Source of the DNA: Okamejei kenojei
Taxonomy: Eukaryota
Direction of reading: 5' to 3'
Length of the DNA stretch: 64,000 nucleotides
NCBI GenBank assembly: GCA_035221665.1
Contig: JAVHYY010000119.1
Location: forward strand, 62,001-126,000
The notes below the pieces were generated by a model that saw nothing but the letters and a program-made list of their open reading frames with translations, was not told where the DNA came from and ran no database searches. Made by a program: the position numbers and the translations under genes. Shown piece after piece: positions 11,335 through 23,907 of the stretch (positions are counted from its first letter, which is position 1; every line of letters begins with the position of its first letter).

Positions 11335-12272
11335 GGGGGATTGCACGTAAGATCATCGGGTCAAAGGGCGTGACGCAAGGAGCAGCTCAATCCAGGTGGA
11401 GTACATGGCTGCTTCCGGCATGTACTGTTAATACAGGAAACGTATACATTCTTACCCGTTAAAAAACGGCGAAATTGTCATTTTTTGCACTGTAAATAAT
11501 TGTGGAAATCTGGGTAACAGTGAGAGACATTTATCCTACTTCAGAATTCCAAAAGTGAGGAGAAATGATGGTAGAGAGAAGCGACAGCTGAAGGGCCAAC
11601 TACAGCTAAAGTGGTTGGCGAACATTGGCCGTGCAGATATCAAGATTGAAAATACTGGCAATTATCACATTTGCTCACTGCATTTCATCAACAGTAAGGC
11701 ATTATTTGTTCTTTTTCCTTGATTCCTTTGGTATCTAAAAAGTTTCAGAATTGATAAATCTGTCTGTAAAATTTTAAAATTGCCCATGGTTCTCAAATGG
11801 TTCTGAAATGGGATTTTACATGCAAAAATAAAATGCTTCTGAAGCTAAATTTGTTAGCTGTTGTTATCCCTTCAGCTGTCGCTTCTCTCTACCATCATTT
11901 CTCCTCACTTTTGGAATTCTGAAGTAGGATAAATGTCTCTCACGTTTACCCCGATTTCCATAATTATTTACAGTGCAAAAATTTACTATTTCGGCGGTTT
12001 TTAACTGGTTGGTTACATTGAAAGCCATGGTGGGGTGGGAGTTTGGAACCTTCACGTGGTCCACCCTGTTTCAACGAATGCAATCAACCTGGCGTGCACA
12101 AGCAGAAGATCAAACAGAACAAGTTGTCTTACAACTTTGGGCTGTGCACGCCATACACAAGAAGAAGAAAGCCTTTGTCAGTGCTTACCTGCAGTTCATC
12201 GTGTGTACTCCAGTTGGCGTTGCATGGTAACAGTACGGGTCACGGGTCGTGACCTCAACTGCGTGCAATCTC
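11335..12272 (+). mobile_element. THAP-domain-bearing non-autonomous DNA transposon (ISL2EU/Harbinger-like)
   Basis: 11471-11695 encodes EIVIFCTVNNCGN...SYFRIPKV...KWLANIGRAD...HICSLHF, a C2CH THAP signature. Imperfect termini are GGGGATTGCACG and CGTGCAATCTCT. GGTATA occurs at both junctions. Homology with the left arm resumes at 12273. Confidence 0.7.
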
Positions 12273-12529
12273 TGGTATATTTTGAGAATGTGACTGAGGC
12301 CGGCTGGCTTCACCCTCTGCAGCGCTGCATCAATACATGGCTCATGCGAGTTGATCCCCAGTCTATATCCAATGGATTTGCTACATGGTCCCTGCTCCTG
12401 CGGCCGCCGTGAGATTCCCGAGGTGGGCAACGAGTGCATGTGTGGGACCCTGGTGAGTGCGGGCGGGAGGGAGGGCTTGGGCAGTGTCAGGAAATGGAGG
12501 CGAGACTCAAGGAACTGCAGTTTTTTTTT

Positions 12530-12835
12530 TAGTTTAGAGATACAGCACGGAAACACGCCCTTCGGTCCACCGGATCCGGGCCGACCAGTGATCACTGCAC
12601 ATTAACATTATCCTGCACCCACTAGGGACAATTTTTACATTTACCAAGCCAATTAACCTACAAACCTGCACGTCTTTGGAGTGTGGGGGAAAACCGAAGA
12701 TCTAGGATAAAATCCACGCAGGTCATGGGGAGATCGTACAAAGTCCATACAGACAGGATCCATAGTCGGGATCGAACCCGGGTCTCCGGCGCTGCATTCA
12801 CTGTAAGGCAGAAACTCTACCACTGCGTCACCGTG
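12530..12835 (-). mobile_element. HE1-like tRNA-derived V-SINE
   Basis: tRNA-like head (GGTGACGCAGTGGTAGAG...GGTTCGATCCC), central TTTGTAGGTTAATTGGC and a CR1/HER1-like tail GTTTCCGTGCTGTATCTCTAAACT. Further copies lie at about 13465-13730(+), 15553-15845(+), 15940-16225(-), 19523-19790(+), 32830-33100(-), 35250-35550(-), 37495-37790(+), 49178-49485(+), 56608-56850(+) and 63968-64000(+). Confidence 0.8.
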
Positions 12836-14339
12836 ATGGATTAGAAATAAAAAACAAAATGCTGGAGTAACTCAGCAGGTCTGGCAGCATCAATAGTGGA
12901 CATGGATAGGCGACGATTCAGGTTGAGATCCTGGGAAAATTGACTGTTGTGAGGAACTGCGGGGAAGATGGTCTGAGTTGTGAGGGAGGAGGATTTGAGG
13001 GGAAGTGAGGGAGACTGAGGGACAGGAGGTGTTTGTGGATAAGGGGTGAACAGTTCCTCTCACAGAACAGCGCTTCTTTCATCATCATCCCTTCCACAAC
13101 ACAGCACTCCCTCCTCACCGCCCCTCCGGCAGCTCGCTCTCCTCACCGCACCCCCTGCAGTGCTCCCTCCTCACCACCCCTTCCACAGCACAGTGCTGTT
13201 TCCTCAGAACTGTCAGAAACCCAGGCATTCTAACCCAATGGACAGACTGGGAGAAGACCAGAATGAAGTCAGAGGAAAACAAGAAAAAAGTGGGATGCGT
13301 CCCGGCTCGTTTAGTTTAGTTTATTTCAGAGATACAGTGTGGAAACAGGCACTTCAGCCCACCGAGCCTGTGCCGACCAGCAGTCATACGTTCACACGCT
13401 CGTTCTATGTTTAATTTAGAGATACAGTGTGGAAACAGGCCCAAGACAGCACCAGTAGTTGTTGGTGCAGCAGTAGAGCTACCCCTTACAGCGCCAGACA
13501 CCCAGGTTCGATCGCAACTATGGGTGCTTGTCTGTACGGAGTGACCTGCATGTGTTTTCCCCAAGATCTTCAGTTTCCTCCCACAATCCACAAACGTACG
13601 GGTTTGTAGGTTAATTGGCTTGGTATAAATGTAAATTGTCCCCAGCGTGTGTGGGATAGAGCGGGGATCGCTTGTTGGCTTGGACTCGGTGGGCCACAGG
13701 GCATCTTTCCACACTGTATCTACAAACTAAACCTCGAAATGTTCTATGGATGTACGGAAACGTATTATTTATTTTATTTAAAGCACTTTGGTTTCAACGC
13801 GAGTTGATTTAAAATGTGCTATATATATAAAACTTACATACTTACAGAACTAGTGTGTGAATGGGTGATCGATGGTCAGTTAGGATTAGGTGGGCCGAAG
13901 GGCCTGTTTCCACGCTAAAAAAAATCAATGCTGTTATTGTACTTGCCATTAACTGTACACTCTCTCCTTGTGCCTTCAACCTCACAAAGTGCAACACCGC
14001 ACTCATGCTCAGATTAAATTCCGTCTGTCATTTCTCCGCCCCTTTTGCATCTAATCTTCATCCCGCGGTATCTTCCGACAGCTTCCTCACTGTCTGTAAC
14101 TCCTCCAATCTTGGTGTCATCAGCAAACCCACTCAGCCACAGATCGCCAGCATCTTCACACATGCGCTCTGACGGTGAGGGACAGCGCCCCCATGTGGTC
14201 CTGGACATTTTTGCTGCACCTGAGTTCACCGCTTTGCCATGAATGCCGGAGTGGTCACTGCCGAACCCGGCTATCTCAACTTCACAAACCCTATCTACTC
14301 GTGCAAACTCCTAGATCCAGCTGCACATCAATGATGTCA

Positions 14340-14735
14340 ATGTAGAAGGGTCTCGATCCGAAACGTCACCCATTGCTTCTTAGTCCAGTATGAATATTGA
14401 TTTCTCTAACTTCAAGTAACCCCTGCATTCCCTCTCTCTCCATCCCTCCCCCACCCAAGTCGCACCAGCTTCTAGTTCCCAGCTAGCACATAGACAACAT
14501 TGTTTCTTTATCATCGTTACTTTTTTTGCATGTCTTTCATTCATTTGTTCTATATCTCTCTACATCACTGTCTAAATCTCTTGTTTCCCTCTCCCCTGAT
14601 TCAGTCTGAAGAAGGGTCTCGACCAGAAATGTCACCCATTCCTTCTCTCCAGAGATGCTGCTTGTCCCAATGAGTTACTCCAGCATTTTGTGTTTATCTT
14701 CGGTTTAAACCAGCATTTGCAGTTCATTCCTACAC
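14340..14735 (+). mobile_element. Penelope-like element 3' end/pseudo-LTR
   Basis: ATGAATATTGATTTCTCTAACTTCAAGTAA (MNIDFSNFK*) plus a UTR with CTGAAGAAGGGTCTCGACC.GAAA, homologous to 40308-40850. Confidence 0.75.
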
Positions 14736-14744
14736 TGTTAATGG

Positions 14745-15285
14745 TCCACAACAGCCAAGTTGGCATACGTTGTGGAATTGACAGTTCCATGGGTAGATGG
14801 TGTTGAAGAAAATTATGAGAGGTAAAAAAACAAGTACTCTGAACTGGCAACTGAAGCTTGGCTGGAAGACCAAGATTTTCCCTGTCGAAGTGGGATGCAG
14901 GGGATTTGTTGCTTCATCTATGACCAGGCTATTAAAGAAAATGGGGGTGAGGGGTCGCTGCTTCCAACAAGCAATCAAATCATTATCAAATTCTGCGGAA
15001 AAAAGCAGCAATTGGATCTGGATCAAAAGGAGAGATAACAATTGGGCTGCAAGATGAATACAGGAGGGAATGGAATTGAGGGGGGTGTAACTGGGACGCC
15101 AGGTATCACCATTGAGCCCTCCGGAGATGTTGTGGGCTTATCAATGAAATGTCAAAGAAGGAGGGTGCCCACCTGATGACCCCGATGACATACCTATCCT
15201 ACTTTTCACCACTCCAATCCCACTGCAAATAGCAAGAGTGCCGACTTATTACAGGGATTGAAACATCAAGTCCTATTAGCTCTAT
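14745..15285 (+). mobile_element. HERO/R2-group non-LTR retrotransposon 3' end (REL endonuclease)
   Basis: VELTVPW...GWKTKIFPVEVGCRGFVASS...AEKSSNWIWIKR is the C-terminal restriction-like endonuclease pattern of HERO-type elements. Confidence 0.8.
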
Positions 15286-16837
15286 AGAGATACAGCGTGG
15301 AAACAGCCCCTAGGGCCCACTGAGTCCGCACCAACCAGCGATCCCTGCACACTAACACTATCCTACACTAGGAACAATTTTTACTTTTTTACCGAGCCAA
15401 TTAATGTACATAATGGCAGCTCCTTCCACATACCCTCCACCCAGTGAGTGAAAAAGTTGCTCCTCAAGTTTCTATTTAATCTTTATCTGCTCACCTTAAA
15501 CCCAGTCCTCTGGTTCTTGAATCCCGTACTTTGGGTAAAAATATTCTGTGCAGGCAAGGTGGAACAGCGGTAGAGCTACCGCCTTACAGCGCCAGATACC
15601 CGGGTTTGATTCTGACTACGGGTGCTTGTCTGTATGGAGTTTGTACATTCTCTCCGTGACCTGCGTGTATTTTCCCCGAGATCTTTGGTTTCCTCCCATA
15701 CCAGTTTTGTCAGTTAATTGGCTTGGTATATATGTAAGTTGTCCCTACTGTGTGTATGAGAGTGCTGGGACCGATGGTCAGCACAGACTTGGTGGGCCGA
15801 AGGACCTGTTTCCGTGTTGTATCTTTAAACTAAACTAAACTAAATTTATAACATTAAATATATATTTTTTGGTGTTCATGTATAAATGTAAGAGCAATTT
15901 GTTTGTGTTATTTGTTACTCTAATTTACTCTAATTTAATACAGAACGGAAACAGGTCCTTCAGCCCACTGAGTCCACGGCGACCTGCGATCCCCGCACAT
16001 TAACACCGCCCCACGACACTGGGGACAATTGTACATTTACACCAAGCCAATTAACCCACAAACCTGTACGGCTTTGGAATGTGGGAAGAAACCCATGCAC
16101 CTGGAGAAATCCCACGCAGTCATGGGAAGAAGGTGCAAACTCCGTACAGACAGCACCCATAGCCAAGATCGAACCTAGGGACTCTCGCGCTCTAAGGCAG
16201 TAGAGCTACGTTACTGCGCCGCCGCACTAATGCAGACAGTCTTTACTGGTCGGCGCAGACACGGTGGGCCGAAGGGCCTGTTTCCGCGATGTATCTCTAA
16301 ACTAAACACATACCTAGTGTAAGCGGGTGATCGATATTCGTCGCGGTCTTGGTGGGCTGAAGGGCCTGTTTCCGCACTGTACCTCTAAACTAAACTAAAC
16401 TGACCCATTGAGTTACTCCAGCTTTTTGTGTCTATCTTAGGTTTAAGGCAGCATCTGCAGTTCCTTCTTCAACTAAATTCACCCTCTCAACTGTAAACCC
16501 TCGTGATAACAGACCTCTTTATGACAGATTTTAGTTCTGTCGGACAGACCTGCTGACTAATGTCAATGCTTTTGCACCGCCTCCCTTGCCACCTCTCGGT
16601 ATGATATGAATATTGATTTCTCTAACATGAAGTAACCCCTGCGTTCTGTCTCTCTCCATCCCTCCCCGACCCAAGTGACACCAGCTTCTCGTTCTCACAC
16701 AGTAAACCGTTAACAATGGCCCGTTTCCTTTACCATTGTTACTTTTTTTGCATATCTTTCATTCATTTATTTTATATCTCTACATCACCGTCCATATCTC
16801 TCGTTTCCCTCTCCCCTCCTCAGTCTGAAGAAGGGTT

Positions 16838-17210
16838 AATGCTAGCATATATTTCAATAGAGCTTGTATACAAAAACAGGGATATAATGCTGAGGCTCTA
16901 TAGGGCGCTGGTAAGGCCGCTTTTGGAATATGGTGAGTAATTTAGGGCACCGTACCTGATCAAGGATGACTCTGGAGATGGTCCAGAGGAGGCTTACAAG
17001 AATAATCCCAAGAATCAGTACTTTAACCTATGATAAGCGTTTGTTAGCACTGGGCCTGTACTTGCTGGAGTTTAGAAGAATGAGGGGGGACCTCATTGAA
17101 ACATACAGATTAGTGAAAGGCTTGGATATAGTGGATGTGGAGAGGATATTTCTACAAGTGGGAGAGTCGAGGACTAGAGGTCATAGCCTCAGAATTAAAG
17201 GACGTTCTTC
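16838..17210 (+). mobile_element. CR1-type LINE fragment
   Basis: MLRLYRALVRPLLEY...VQRRLTRIIP...LEFRRMRGDLIETY. Confidence 0.85.
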
Positions 17211-17830
17211 TACTACTATTCCTTATGACCTTATGATAGGAACAGAATTGGGCCATTCGACCCATCAAGCCTACACGGCCATTCAATCATGGGAGGTCTA
17301 TCTTTCCCTATCAACCCCATTCTCCTGCCTTCTCCCCATAACCCCTGACACCCATACTAATCAAGAATCTATCTATCTCGTATCTTAAAAATATCTATTG
17401 ACTTGGCCTCCACAGCGTTCTGTGGCAAAGAATTCCACAGATTTGCCACCATCCTCCTTATCGCCTTCCCAAAAGAACCTCCTTCAATTCTGAGGCTGTG
17501 CCTCTGGTCCTAGACTCTCCCACTTAGTCTAATCATCTACCCCCCTCACCTGTATCCACCTATCACTTGCCAGGCTTTGACCCATTCACACCTGCTCACA
17601 CAGTCCGCACAGTGTAGAAGTTGGGAGGTCATGTTGCAGTTGTATAAGACGTTGGTGAGGCCGCATTTAGAATATGTGCGTTCAGCTCTGGGCACCGTGT
17701 GATAGAACAGATGTTTTCAGCTGGAAAGCGTACGGAGAAGATTTACGAGGATGTTGCCAGGACTCTATGGTCTGAGCTATAGGGAGAGGATGAGTATACC
17801 TTGGAGTGCAGGAAGATGAGGGTGGTCTTG

Positions 17831-18683
17831 GAAAACTTGGAAAACGTGGAAAACTTGGAAAACTTTATTGTCATTCAGACCTTGCGGTCTGAACAAAATT
17901 TTGTTGCCTGCAGTCATACATATAGTAAATAACAAAAACACACAATAAACACATATTTAACATCCACCACAGTGAATTCACCAGACACCTCCTCACTGTG
18001 GTGGAAGGCAAAAATCTTGTCTTTGTCTCTTCCCTTCTTCCTCTTCCTCTGCACTGCGGTGACCCGGGCCTCCGATGTTGTGACCGCACCGGGTGATGTA
18101 AATAGGTCCCGCGGCTGAACCGTGCTCCGCGAGCGGGCCGGTTCAATTCCGCAGCCCAGGGCGGTCGAAGCTCCCGCCCTCCAGTCCAGCGGACGCAGCT
18201 GTTGCCGCGGGAGCTCCGGAAAAAACAGGTCACCAACCTGTGACCTGCGAGCTCCTGACGATGTCGTCCACTGGGACCGCGGCCGGGCCTCTGAAGTCGC
18301 TGCCGCCGCCTCCGGAAAGCCGCCACAGCTCCGAGTCGGGCCGCTGGAATGCCTCAACCAGCCGCAGCCCCGAAGTCGGCCAGCCCCGCGCTGGTAAGTC
18401 CTGGCTGGCTCTGCCTCCGGAGCCTCGAGGTCGGTCGCAGTTAGAGTTGGAGGCCGCCAGCTCCACGATAGGCCTCAGCGCAGACGGAGACGGGGGATAT
18501 GACAAGAACAGTCGCGTCCCCCCAAAAGGAAGAGACTAAGAACGTTTCTTCCACCCCTCCCACACACATACACTACATAATAACTCAAACTAACGCTAAA
18601 AACAAGACACGAAAACAATAAATAAAAAGTAAAACAGACGGACTGCAGGCGAGCCTCTGCCGTCAGGGCAGCGCCACCACTCC
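17831..18683 (-). mobile_element. GC-rich non-autonomous element inserted in a CR1 fragment
   Basis: CR1 sequence stops at about 17830 and resumes at about 18684. The insert ends in a (TTTTCCAAG)n-like tail and is related to 10270-10945. Its ORFs have no recognisable domain. Confidence 0.6.
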
Positions 18684-20548
18684 CAGAGGTGTATAAAATC
18701 ATGAGAGAAATAGATCGGGTAGACACAAAGAGTCTCTTGCCCAGAGTAGGTGAATCGATGACCAGAGGGCATAGGTTTATGGTGAGAGGGGGAGAAGATT
18801 TAATAGGGATCTGAGGGGCAACTTTGTCACACAAAGGGTGGTGGGTGTAGGGAACAAGATGCCAGGGGAGGTCGTTTAGGCATTGACTATCCCAAAGTTT
18901 AAGAAACATACAGGTACATGGATAGGTCTGAAGAAATGTTTTGACCCGAAACGTCGACCATTCCTTTTTCTCCAGAGATACTGCCTGTCCCGCTGAGTTA
19001 CTCTTGCATTTTGTGTCGAGGTACATGGATTGGTTAGGTTTTGAGGGGCAGGTGGGACTAGTGTAGCTGGGACATGTTTGCCGGTGTGGCAAGTTGGGCC
19101 GAAGGGCCTGTTTCCATGCTGTAGCACTATGACTATGACCTTGCTTTTCCAATTTTCTACCCTCTATTCCCTCAGTCTGAATAAGGGACTCAATCTGAAA
19201 TGTCATTTGTCGAAACAAGGAACTGGTGATACTAGTCCACTCCCTCCGCAGATCCGCTGAGTTCCTCCAGCACTTTGCCATCTTGATTAATAAATGGACT
19301 GATTTGCACCCTCAGCTTTTGGGAACTGTTCGATACATTCTCTCTTCATTCTGTAAAAAGAACATTTTTATTTTTTGCATTAAATTTCCTGTTACTACAT
19401 CTGTCCACTTCCTCGTGAAGCAAGAGGTCATTGGGCCTCTCAAGTCTTTGCCACTTCACTGTTTCCATGATTCTTACTCATACATTAGGAATAACATACG
19501 GGGCAAATTATGATCAGAGGGGGTGGCACAGTGGTGCAGCAGTAGAGTTGCTGCCTCACAGCACCAGAGACTCTGGTTCGATCCCGACTACATGCGTTGT
19601 ATGTACAGAGCTTGCACCTTCTCCCCGTGACCTGCTTGGGATTTCTCTGAGATCTTCGGTTTCCTCCCACACTCCAAAGACGTACGGGATTGTAGCGTAA
19701 ATGTAAATTGTCCCTCGTGTGCGGGATCGCAGGTTGGCGCGGACTCGTTGGGCTGAAGGGCCTGTTTCCGTCCTGTATCTCTAAACTAAACATAGAATCA
19801 GTGTGTGAACGGGTGATCAATGGTCGGCGCGGACTCGGACTGAAGGGCCTATTTCCGCGTTGTATTTCTAAATATAACGAGATCTAAAATGTGTGGGGAT
19901 CCTTTTTTATCCAGAGAGTGGTGGGGCCTATGGGTGATGGTAGGGGCTCGTGGTGTTTTGGTGGCCTTTAGATAGGCAAATGTACATGCAGGGAATACAG
20001 AATTCAAGATTAATTTGGCATCATGTTCGGCATGGACATTGTGGACCGAAGCGCCTGTTCCTGTGCCATTCGCTGCTCTAGGTTTTGACCCTCTGCTAAC
20101 GCATTGAAAAACTTTGCGAAGTTTGTTGGGCAAACTTGCCTTGCGCAATTCCAGGCATTCTTGAATCAGTAACTCAGCAGGTCAGGCAGCATCTCTGGAG
20201 AGAAGGAATGGGTGATTTCGGGTCGAGACCCTTCTTCAGACCTGAAACATCACCTATTCCTTCTCTCCAGAGATGCTGCCTGTCCCGCTGAGGTACTCCA
20301 GAATTTTATGTCTATATTCGATTCAAACCAATATCTGCAGTTATTTCCTATACAGTTCTTGAATTAGTGCAGTCTTGTCCAAATGAGCACCCTAACCATG
20401 GCACTGTGGAACAGGAGACTGTCACACCGTTGGATTAAATACCTCCAATTTGACAGGGAAGGTTACAGAGACGAGGAATAGGGTCAGAGCCAGAGTATAT
20501 TTGCAGAGATAGTGAGGGCCTCTTCCCACATTACAGCATTCCCTCCGC

Positions 20549-21192
20549 TTCTTCTTCTGTCGTATGACTTTTGGACGTGCAGCTCCGTTGAGGCGAGCCA
20601 GGCCAACGTGTCATCGTCCGGGTCAATTGGACCTCGTTCACCATTCGGTGGCCGGTGTTTGGGGCAACTGGTGACTATGTGCTCCACTTTCTGTGTTGGG
20701 TCCCCACACTCGCAGGAGGCACTGTCCATGAGTCCCCACCTCTTGATCGCTACTCCATAGCGTCCGACGCCTGTCCTCAAGCGGTTGAGGGTTGTCCAGT
20801 GCCTTTGGGGCAGGTCCTGGCCAGGGACATCCATGGGGTCATTGATGTAATGGTGTAGCCTAGATGGTTCCGCTGACTTCCACTGGTCTCTCCATCTCGT
20901 CTTGACCCAGGCAGACTTAGAAGCATCAGCCAGTGTTGTGCAGAGCAGCTCTTGGGCTTGCGTGGCAAAGGGGCACCGTGACTTCAGGCACACACGTCGC
21001 AGTGTCTCTGTGACGATCTGATGGAGGAGGTGGGATTCACTGGTCTGTGCCTTTCGAGAGAGGGCCAGAGTGGCTGCTTCTCGCCTGATGTTGGCTGAGG
21101 CGATGCCAGCGAGGACGGGTAGTTGGTTTACTGGGGTGGCTCGTAGGCATCCGGAGACAGTCTGCTGGGTGCTGTTGAGGGCAGCATCCAAA
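20549..21192 (-). mobile_element. Vingi (Ingi-group) non-LTR retrotransposon 3' fragment
   Basis: LPVLAGIA...LNRLRTGVGR...KRWGL..SASCECGDPTQKVEHIVTSCP (CCHC) with a 3' tail ATACGACAGAAGAAGAAG. Confidence 0.8.
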
Positions 21193-21197
21193 GTCAA

Positions 21198-21500
21198 AGT
21201 TATGCCCCATCAGGGATGAAAGGGGTTAACCATTTGCTGATAAAGGAATACTTCCTGATTTTATTTCCGTTCCCTGATGTAAATTTTCCCCTCTACGCAT
21301 TCGTGTTCTCCACACAGTGACGGCCGCTGAGGACAAGAGTTTGTCAGTCGATACTCCAGAGACGAGCAGTGGACAGAACCCAGGTACGTGATTCGGTGTC
21401 TGTCGCTCGTTCCCACAAACAACGACCTGTTTAGTCGAGTTGTGATTTTGTAGAGTCTGATCACTGAAATACTTTGTATTAAGGTATCTGGGACGTGACA
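21198..21500. mobile_element. Probable solo LTR
   Basis: About 300-bp unique block bounded by GTTATGCCCC...GGGACGTGACA (imperfect inverted LTR termini). Confidence 0.45.
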
Positions 21501-22980
21501 ATAAAACATTTGAATCTGGATTCTTGACCTGTTTGGGTTTTCACTGGTTTCCTCCCACATTCCAAAGATGTGCTGGTTTGTAGGTTAATTGGCTTGGCAA
21601 AATTTTAAATTATCCCTAGTATGTGTATGATAGTGCTAGTGTGCGGGGTTCGCTGGTTAGCACGGGCTCCGTTGGGCAAAGGACCTGTTTCCGAGCTGTA
21701 TCTATGAAATAAACATAGAACTAGTGTGTGAACGGCTGATCGATGGTCGGCGTGGATGAAGGGCCTCTTTCTACGCAGTATCTCAAAAACAAAACATAGA
21801 ACTAGTGTGTGGACCGATGATCGATGGTCGGCGTGGGCCAAGGGAGCCTGTTTCCGTGCTGTATCTCTAAACTAAACTAAGCTCTCAGTAATTTCTTTGG
21901 CCTTGGGCAGATCTGTTGCTAAACCAAGGTGTGCTGCAACCTAACAGTGTTCTTTCATAATTCATGTGGAGAAATTGGTGTGAGTCACTGGAGAATTGCC
22001 AAACTTCCTTCATCTTTTGAGCAAGATGAGACATTATACTTCGGAGTCACGTGAGTGACTACGTGAAGAAGCCCCGCCTGGCGATTGATCGGCATTACGT
22101 CGACGCTGACGGCAGAGCAAGAGCTACAGAGGCAGCTCCTCGACAGCGGTAGGTACGGGCCCGCAGGTAAGTGCAGTTGAAATACTTACAGGGCATATCT
22201 AAACTCTGTAGCTGGTGTATAGAGCCACCAGGAGTTAAAAATAATTTGAAAGAAAAAATAAAGTAAAAGTTAAAATGAAAAGAAAACACTCCGGGTAGAA
22301 AAAACGGAGTGTAAAAAAGCGTCGCAGGGGAACACTCAACGATCGGGACGGGAGATTAAGTGCGGAGCCGGTTTCGATACTGGTGGCCGTTAAAATTACC
22401 GTTAGGGAGACTTTTAGTCGCTCCACAAACTTTTGGCTATGAGGAAAAAGTGGAGTTTAAAAAATTAAAAAGAAGAAGAAAAACTCCAGATGGAAAAACT
22501 CCAGTAGGGAGGAAATTCTTTTCAAAAAGTCAGAGAGGCCATGATTTAAAAAAGTTTTAATAAAAAGGCTTCCAGACAAAAAAGCTTTATGGCTTAAAAT
22601 TAATGGAGAATGACTCCAAAAATAAAAAAAACAACCAAAGGGTTTAAAAGGCCCAGAATAGTCCCAAAAAGAGACCCTGAGGGGTTTCCATATATTAATA
22701 TATATGGTGAAATTTATCAATGGGGGAATATCTACCTCGGATTGTTTTGGAGGTAGTCTCCTTGAGGAAAAACTCAGGAGTAACCAGGGCAGTAAAAGAA
22801 TATGAAAAACTGACCCTAAAGGTGCATTGATAGCGGTGGCTGGCCATAAAGTACCCACCACAGCACAAATATATATATATATATATACAGGTGTACTAGG
22901 TACAATACCTGAATGAAGGAGTGAGGCCATGGAAAGTAACCATGGAAACCCAAATTATTTGGTCTCTCACAAAAGCTGTT

Positions 22981-23570
22981 ATAACCATATAACCATATAA
23001 CCAAATAACAATTACAGCACGGAAACAGGCCCTCTCGGCCCTTCCAGTCCGTGCCGACCATTTGTTTTCCCCTAGTCCCATCTACCTGCACTCAGACCAT
23101 ACCCCTCCATTCCCTTCACGTCCATATACCTATCCACTTTACTCTTAAATGTTAAAATCGATCCTGCCTCCACCACTTCTGCTGGAAGCTGATTCCACAC
23201 AGCCACCACCCCCTGAGTAAAGAAGTTCCCCCTCACGTTACCCCGAAACCTCTGTCCCTTAATTCTCATGTCATGCCCTCTTGTTTGAATCTTCCCTACC
23301 CTCAATGGGAAAAACGTATCCACGTCAACTCTGTCTATCCCTTTCATCATTTTAAAGACCTCAATCAAGTCCCCCCTTAACCTTCTGCGCTCCAAAGAAT
23401 AAAGACCTAACTTGTTCAACCTTTCTCTGTAACATAGTTGCTGGAACCCTGGCAACATTCTAATAAATCTCCTCTGTACTCTCTCTATTTTGTTGACATC
23501 CTTCCTATAACTAGGCGACCAAAATTGTACACCATACTCCAGAATTGGTCTTACCAATGCCTTGTACAAC
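22981..23570 (-). mobile_element. Young CR1 LINE 3' fragment
   Basis: ORF 23072-23569 LYKALVRPILEY...LERRRLRGDLIEVFK...RTRGH-like...NFFTQ with a (TTATATGG)n tail. Confidence 0.9.
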
Positions 23571-23907
23571 TGTTATGGTTGAAACAGCAGAATTATTGAT
23601 AAAACTTTTATGTTTTATTAAGGTATCAACGGTGAATCCGTTTATGGTACCCATGTCTCAATTATATGGAGACATAAGGAAATAAGTTTTCAAAGTATTT
23701 CAAGCTGGTGCGTGGCATCACTATTTATGTAAAACAAATGAAACATTGTCCAATAACCAAAACATTTTAAATAAAAAGACAAATTGCCATCAGTTTGTGG
23801 AGCTCAATGGGATAAAAATATATAATATATATATGTAATTGTTATTGGGACCAATTTTGCACTTTAGATTTGCAGGTCAAAACAGATCAAGTTATGTTAA
23901 ACTCCTG

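Noticed and set aside
12530-12835. tRNA gene calls from A/B-box-like sequence
   Set aside because: These are SINE heads with a V-domain and LINE tail. They do not form a full cloverleaf.
15140-15190. GAAA...CTGATGA as a hammerhead in the HERO 3' UTR
   Set aside because: No stem II pairing can be drawn between the flanks.
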